Shown one piece after another: positions 61,935-64,000 of a stretch of 64,000 nt of DNA; positions within the stretch are counted from its first letter, which is position 1; each line of letters begins with the position of its first letter. The translations under genes and the position numbers were made by a program. The stretch is from Nitrospina sp. (GTDB taxonomy: Bacteria; Nitrospinota; Nitrospinia; Nitrospinales; VA-1). The stretch covers positions 9,272 to 73,271 of the forward strand of contig JABHBK010000069.1 in assembly GCA_018673915.1 (NCBI GenBank), given 5' to 3'. The notes under the pieces were generated by a model. It did no database searches. It had not been told where the DNA came from and worked only from the letters and a program-made list of their open reading frames with translations.

Positions 61935-63878
61935 TCAACGGCTATGAAGCCAAGACTGAAAAGACAAAATATTCCAGAGAAAATATTGCCAGTTATATTG
62001 GCCTGAAGCATGCTCCTTCCATTTTCGCAGAATAGGGACTGGATCTAAAAATCCATCCTGGCGAAGCGTCGATTCATTCAACAAATCACCCGCCCATTCT
62101 TTTAAAGGCCCTCTCAACCAGATATCCAGAGGCACACCAAAACCCATTTTAGGACGGTCTACCAACTGCCGAGGCACATATTTTTGAAGGACCTGTTTGA
62201 GTATCCACTTTGATTGGCCATCATGAACTTTCATAGCCAAAGGAAGCCTCCAACTGAACTCGACCACACGATGATCGAGCATAGGGACTCTTGCTTCCAA
62301 CCCGACTCCCATACTGGCACGATCCACCTTAGTGAGAATATCATCCGGCAAATAGTGCGTACCGTCAAGGAACATCATTTTCATTTCTGGTGCAGAAAAA
62401 TCTCCCCAAGAAGAAATCTGGTTCAAAATAATATCTGGCTCTTCGGCCCCCAGTACCAGAGAACCCGGCCCCACCCAATGGGAAATGCCCTGAAGATAAA
62501 AACCTTCAGGCCCACCTGCTGCCAAAGCATTTCCAAGCCTGTTAGACCGCTCGCTCAAATTTCCTATACGTCCAAATCGGTCAAACATACGGCTGATGGA
62601 AGGACCCCCCGCATCTAAAACATCAGCAGGCATTGCTTTAATGAGGCCTGTTAAAAGCTTACGGCAAGGTTCTGGAATCCAATGAAATTTATTCCACCAT
62701 TTTTTCCATGAAGAATATCGGTCATAGCCACAGAACAACTCATCTCCCCCATCTCCGGAAAGGCTGACTGTCACATTTTGTCGGGTTAGATGAGAAAGTA
62801 AATAAGTCGGAATCTGAGAAGAGTCCGCAAAAGGTTCATCGTACAAGTTTGGCAAACGCGGGATTATGGACATTGCATCTTGGGATGAAACATAATGTTC
62901 CGTATGATCCGTTCCCAGATGCTTTGCGACCCTCCGGGCATATGGCGCCTCGTCAAAACCTTTTTCCTCAAAACCGATGGAAAACGTTTTAATAGCTTGC
63001 GGGCTTTGCTTCTGCATTAAAGCTGCAATCGTAGAGGAATCGATTCCTCCGGAAAGAAAAGCACCCAAAGGAACATCCGAAGCCATCTGGAGCTTAACTG
63101 CAGAACCTAACAAGGAGTCCAGTTGATCGACGGCCTCTTCTCGAGTTCCGTCAAACCCATCTTGGACGCCTTGCCGGGCGGTTTCCTCAAATGACCAATA
63201 AGTAGTTGGCGATGAATCCATTTCGCCAGCCTTCACCGTCAGGAACATTCCAGGTTGGAGCTTAAAAACATTTTGGTAGATAGAACGAGGCGCAGGAATA
63301 TAGTTAAAACGCATGAGCAGGGAAAGTGACTCCCGATCTACCCTGCCTTCAAATTCGGGATGCGCTTTCAAAGCTTTTAATTCTGAGCCAAATAAAAATG
63401 TTGCCCCCATCCAACCGTAATAAAGCGGTTTGATTCCTATGCGATCCCGAGCCAGAGTTAAGGTCTGCATCTCTCGATCCCATAAAGCAAAGGCAAACAT
63501 GCCGTTAAATTTTTTCAACGCCTGGGGCAGTCCCCATTTTTCAATAGAAGCTAAAATCACTTCGGTGTCAGAGTGGCCCCGCCAATGCGAGTCCTCCGTC
63601 TGGTCAAGATTTTTTCTCAATTCAAGAAAATTATAAATCTCTCCGTTATATGTGATCACATACCTGCCACTGGCAGATATCATAGGCTGTCGGCCTTCGG
63701 AAGAAAGATCAATAACCGAAAGGCGTTGGTGAGCCAAGCCAACTCCAGCAGCAGGGTCCATCCAAACCCCATCATCATCCGGGCCACGATGGACCAAGGA
63801 CCGCCCCATTTTTCTTAGCAAATCTTCGGAGTTCGATTTTAAAGATGTCTTAGTGAGAAATCCGGCAAGACCGCACAT
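61935..63878 (-). CDS. asnB: Asparagine synthase (glutamine-hydrolysing) family amidotransferase
   Basis: MCG, HRGPD, NGEIYN, LSGGIDS, SGDGGDELF, KVDRASM; probably amidates the polysaccharide. Confidence 0.92.
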   Translation of the reverse strand: MCGLAGFLTKTSLKSNSEDLLRKMGRSLVHRGPDDDGVWMDPAAGVGLAHQRLSVIDLSSEGRQPMISASGRYVITYNGEIYNFLELRKNLDQTEDSHWRGHSDTEVILASIEKWGLPQALKKFNGMFAFALWDREMQTLTLARDRIGIKPLYYGWMGATFLFGSELKALKAHPEFEGRVDRESLSLLMRFNYIPAPRSIYQNVFKLQPGMFLTVKAGEMDSSPTTYWSFEETARQGVQDGFDGTREEAVDQLDSLLGSAVKLQMASDVPLGAFLSGGIDSSTIAALMQKQSPQAIKTFSIGFEEKGFDEAPYARRVAKHLGTDHTEHYVSSQDAMSIIPRLPNLYDEPFADSSQIPTYLLSHLTRQNVTVSLSGDGGDELFCGYDRYSSWKKWWNKFHWIPEPCRKLLTGLIKAMPADVLDAGGPSISRMFDRFGRIGNLSERSNRLGNALAAGGPEGFYLQGISHWVGPGSLVLGAEEPDIILNQISSWGDFSAPEMKMMFLDGTHYLPDDILTKVDRASMGVGLEARVPMLDHRVVEFSWRLPLAMKVHDGQSKWILKQVLQKYVPRQLVDRPKMGFGVPLDIWLRGPLKEWAGDLLNESTLRQDGFLDPVPILRKWKEHASGQYNWQYFLWNILSFQSWLHSR

Positions 63879-63898
63879 AGGGAAAGTAATCCAGAATA

Positions 63899-64000
63899 TT
63901 AACGTTTAATGGAGGGACAAGAGATTAAGTTCGACACCAGGTCTTCCCATGTCTGGCTTATTCTCTCTAATGAGTAGCGTTCCGTTATTTTCATGGCTTG
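63899..64000 (-). CDS. C-terminal end of a probable GT4 glycosyltransferase (partial)
   Basis: Manual translation: QAMKITERYSLERISQTWEDLVSNLISCPSIKR*, resembling the final helix of GT-B enzymes. Confidence 0.55.
   Translation of the reverse strand, partial: QAMKITERYSLERISQTWEDLVSNLISCPSIKR

Overview
Bacterial chromosomal window of moderate GC, gene-dense, with no rRNA, tRNA, CRISPR or transposase recognised. Gene content and style suggest Nitrospinota or a similar Gram-negative lineage (inference only). Most of it is housekeeping: ispG, yejABEF-type ABC transporter, msrAB, pyrG-kdsB-wcaJ, iscS/cysE, scpA, rsmE, serB, rarA, argS, UDG, MoxR/DUF58 and the end of a surface-polysaccharide cluster. 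Four accessory blocks stand out. (1) 23.4-32.1 kb: a candidate trans-envelope cyclic-nucleotide signalling module, with a TPR/beta-barrel outer-membrane protein, a FecR-domain protein with repeats, a CHASE2 class III cyclase with non-canonical base-specifying residues, and two closely related cNMP receptors (a LuxR regulator and a GGDEF/degenerate-EAL protein). (2) 48.0-51.3 kb: a probable metal (Cu) operon headed by a His/Cys-rich leader ORF ending in HPP, followed by a structured spacer, a Met/Cys-rich beta-barrel, cytochrome c and TlpA. (3) 54.2-59.3 kb: a Lol-like ABC/LolA/outer-membrane-barrel module. (4) 10.6-15.9 kb: an AT-rich block with two in-frame stops and an orphan peptidoglycan hydrolase.
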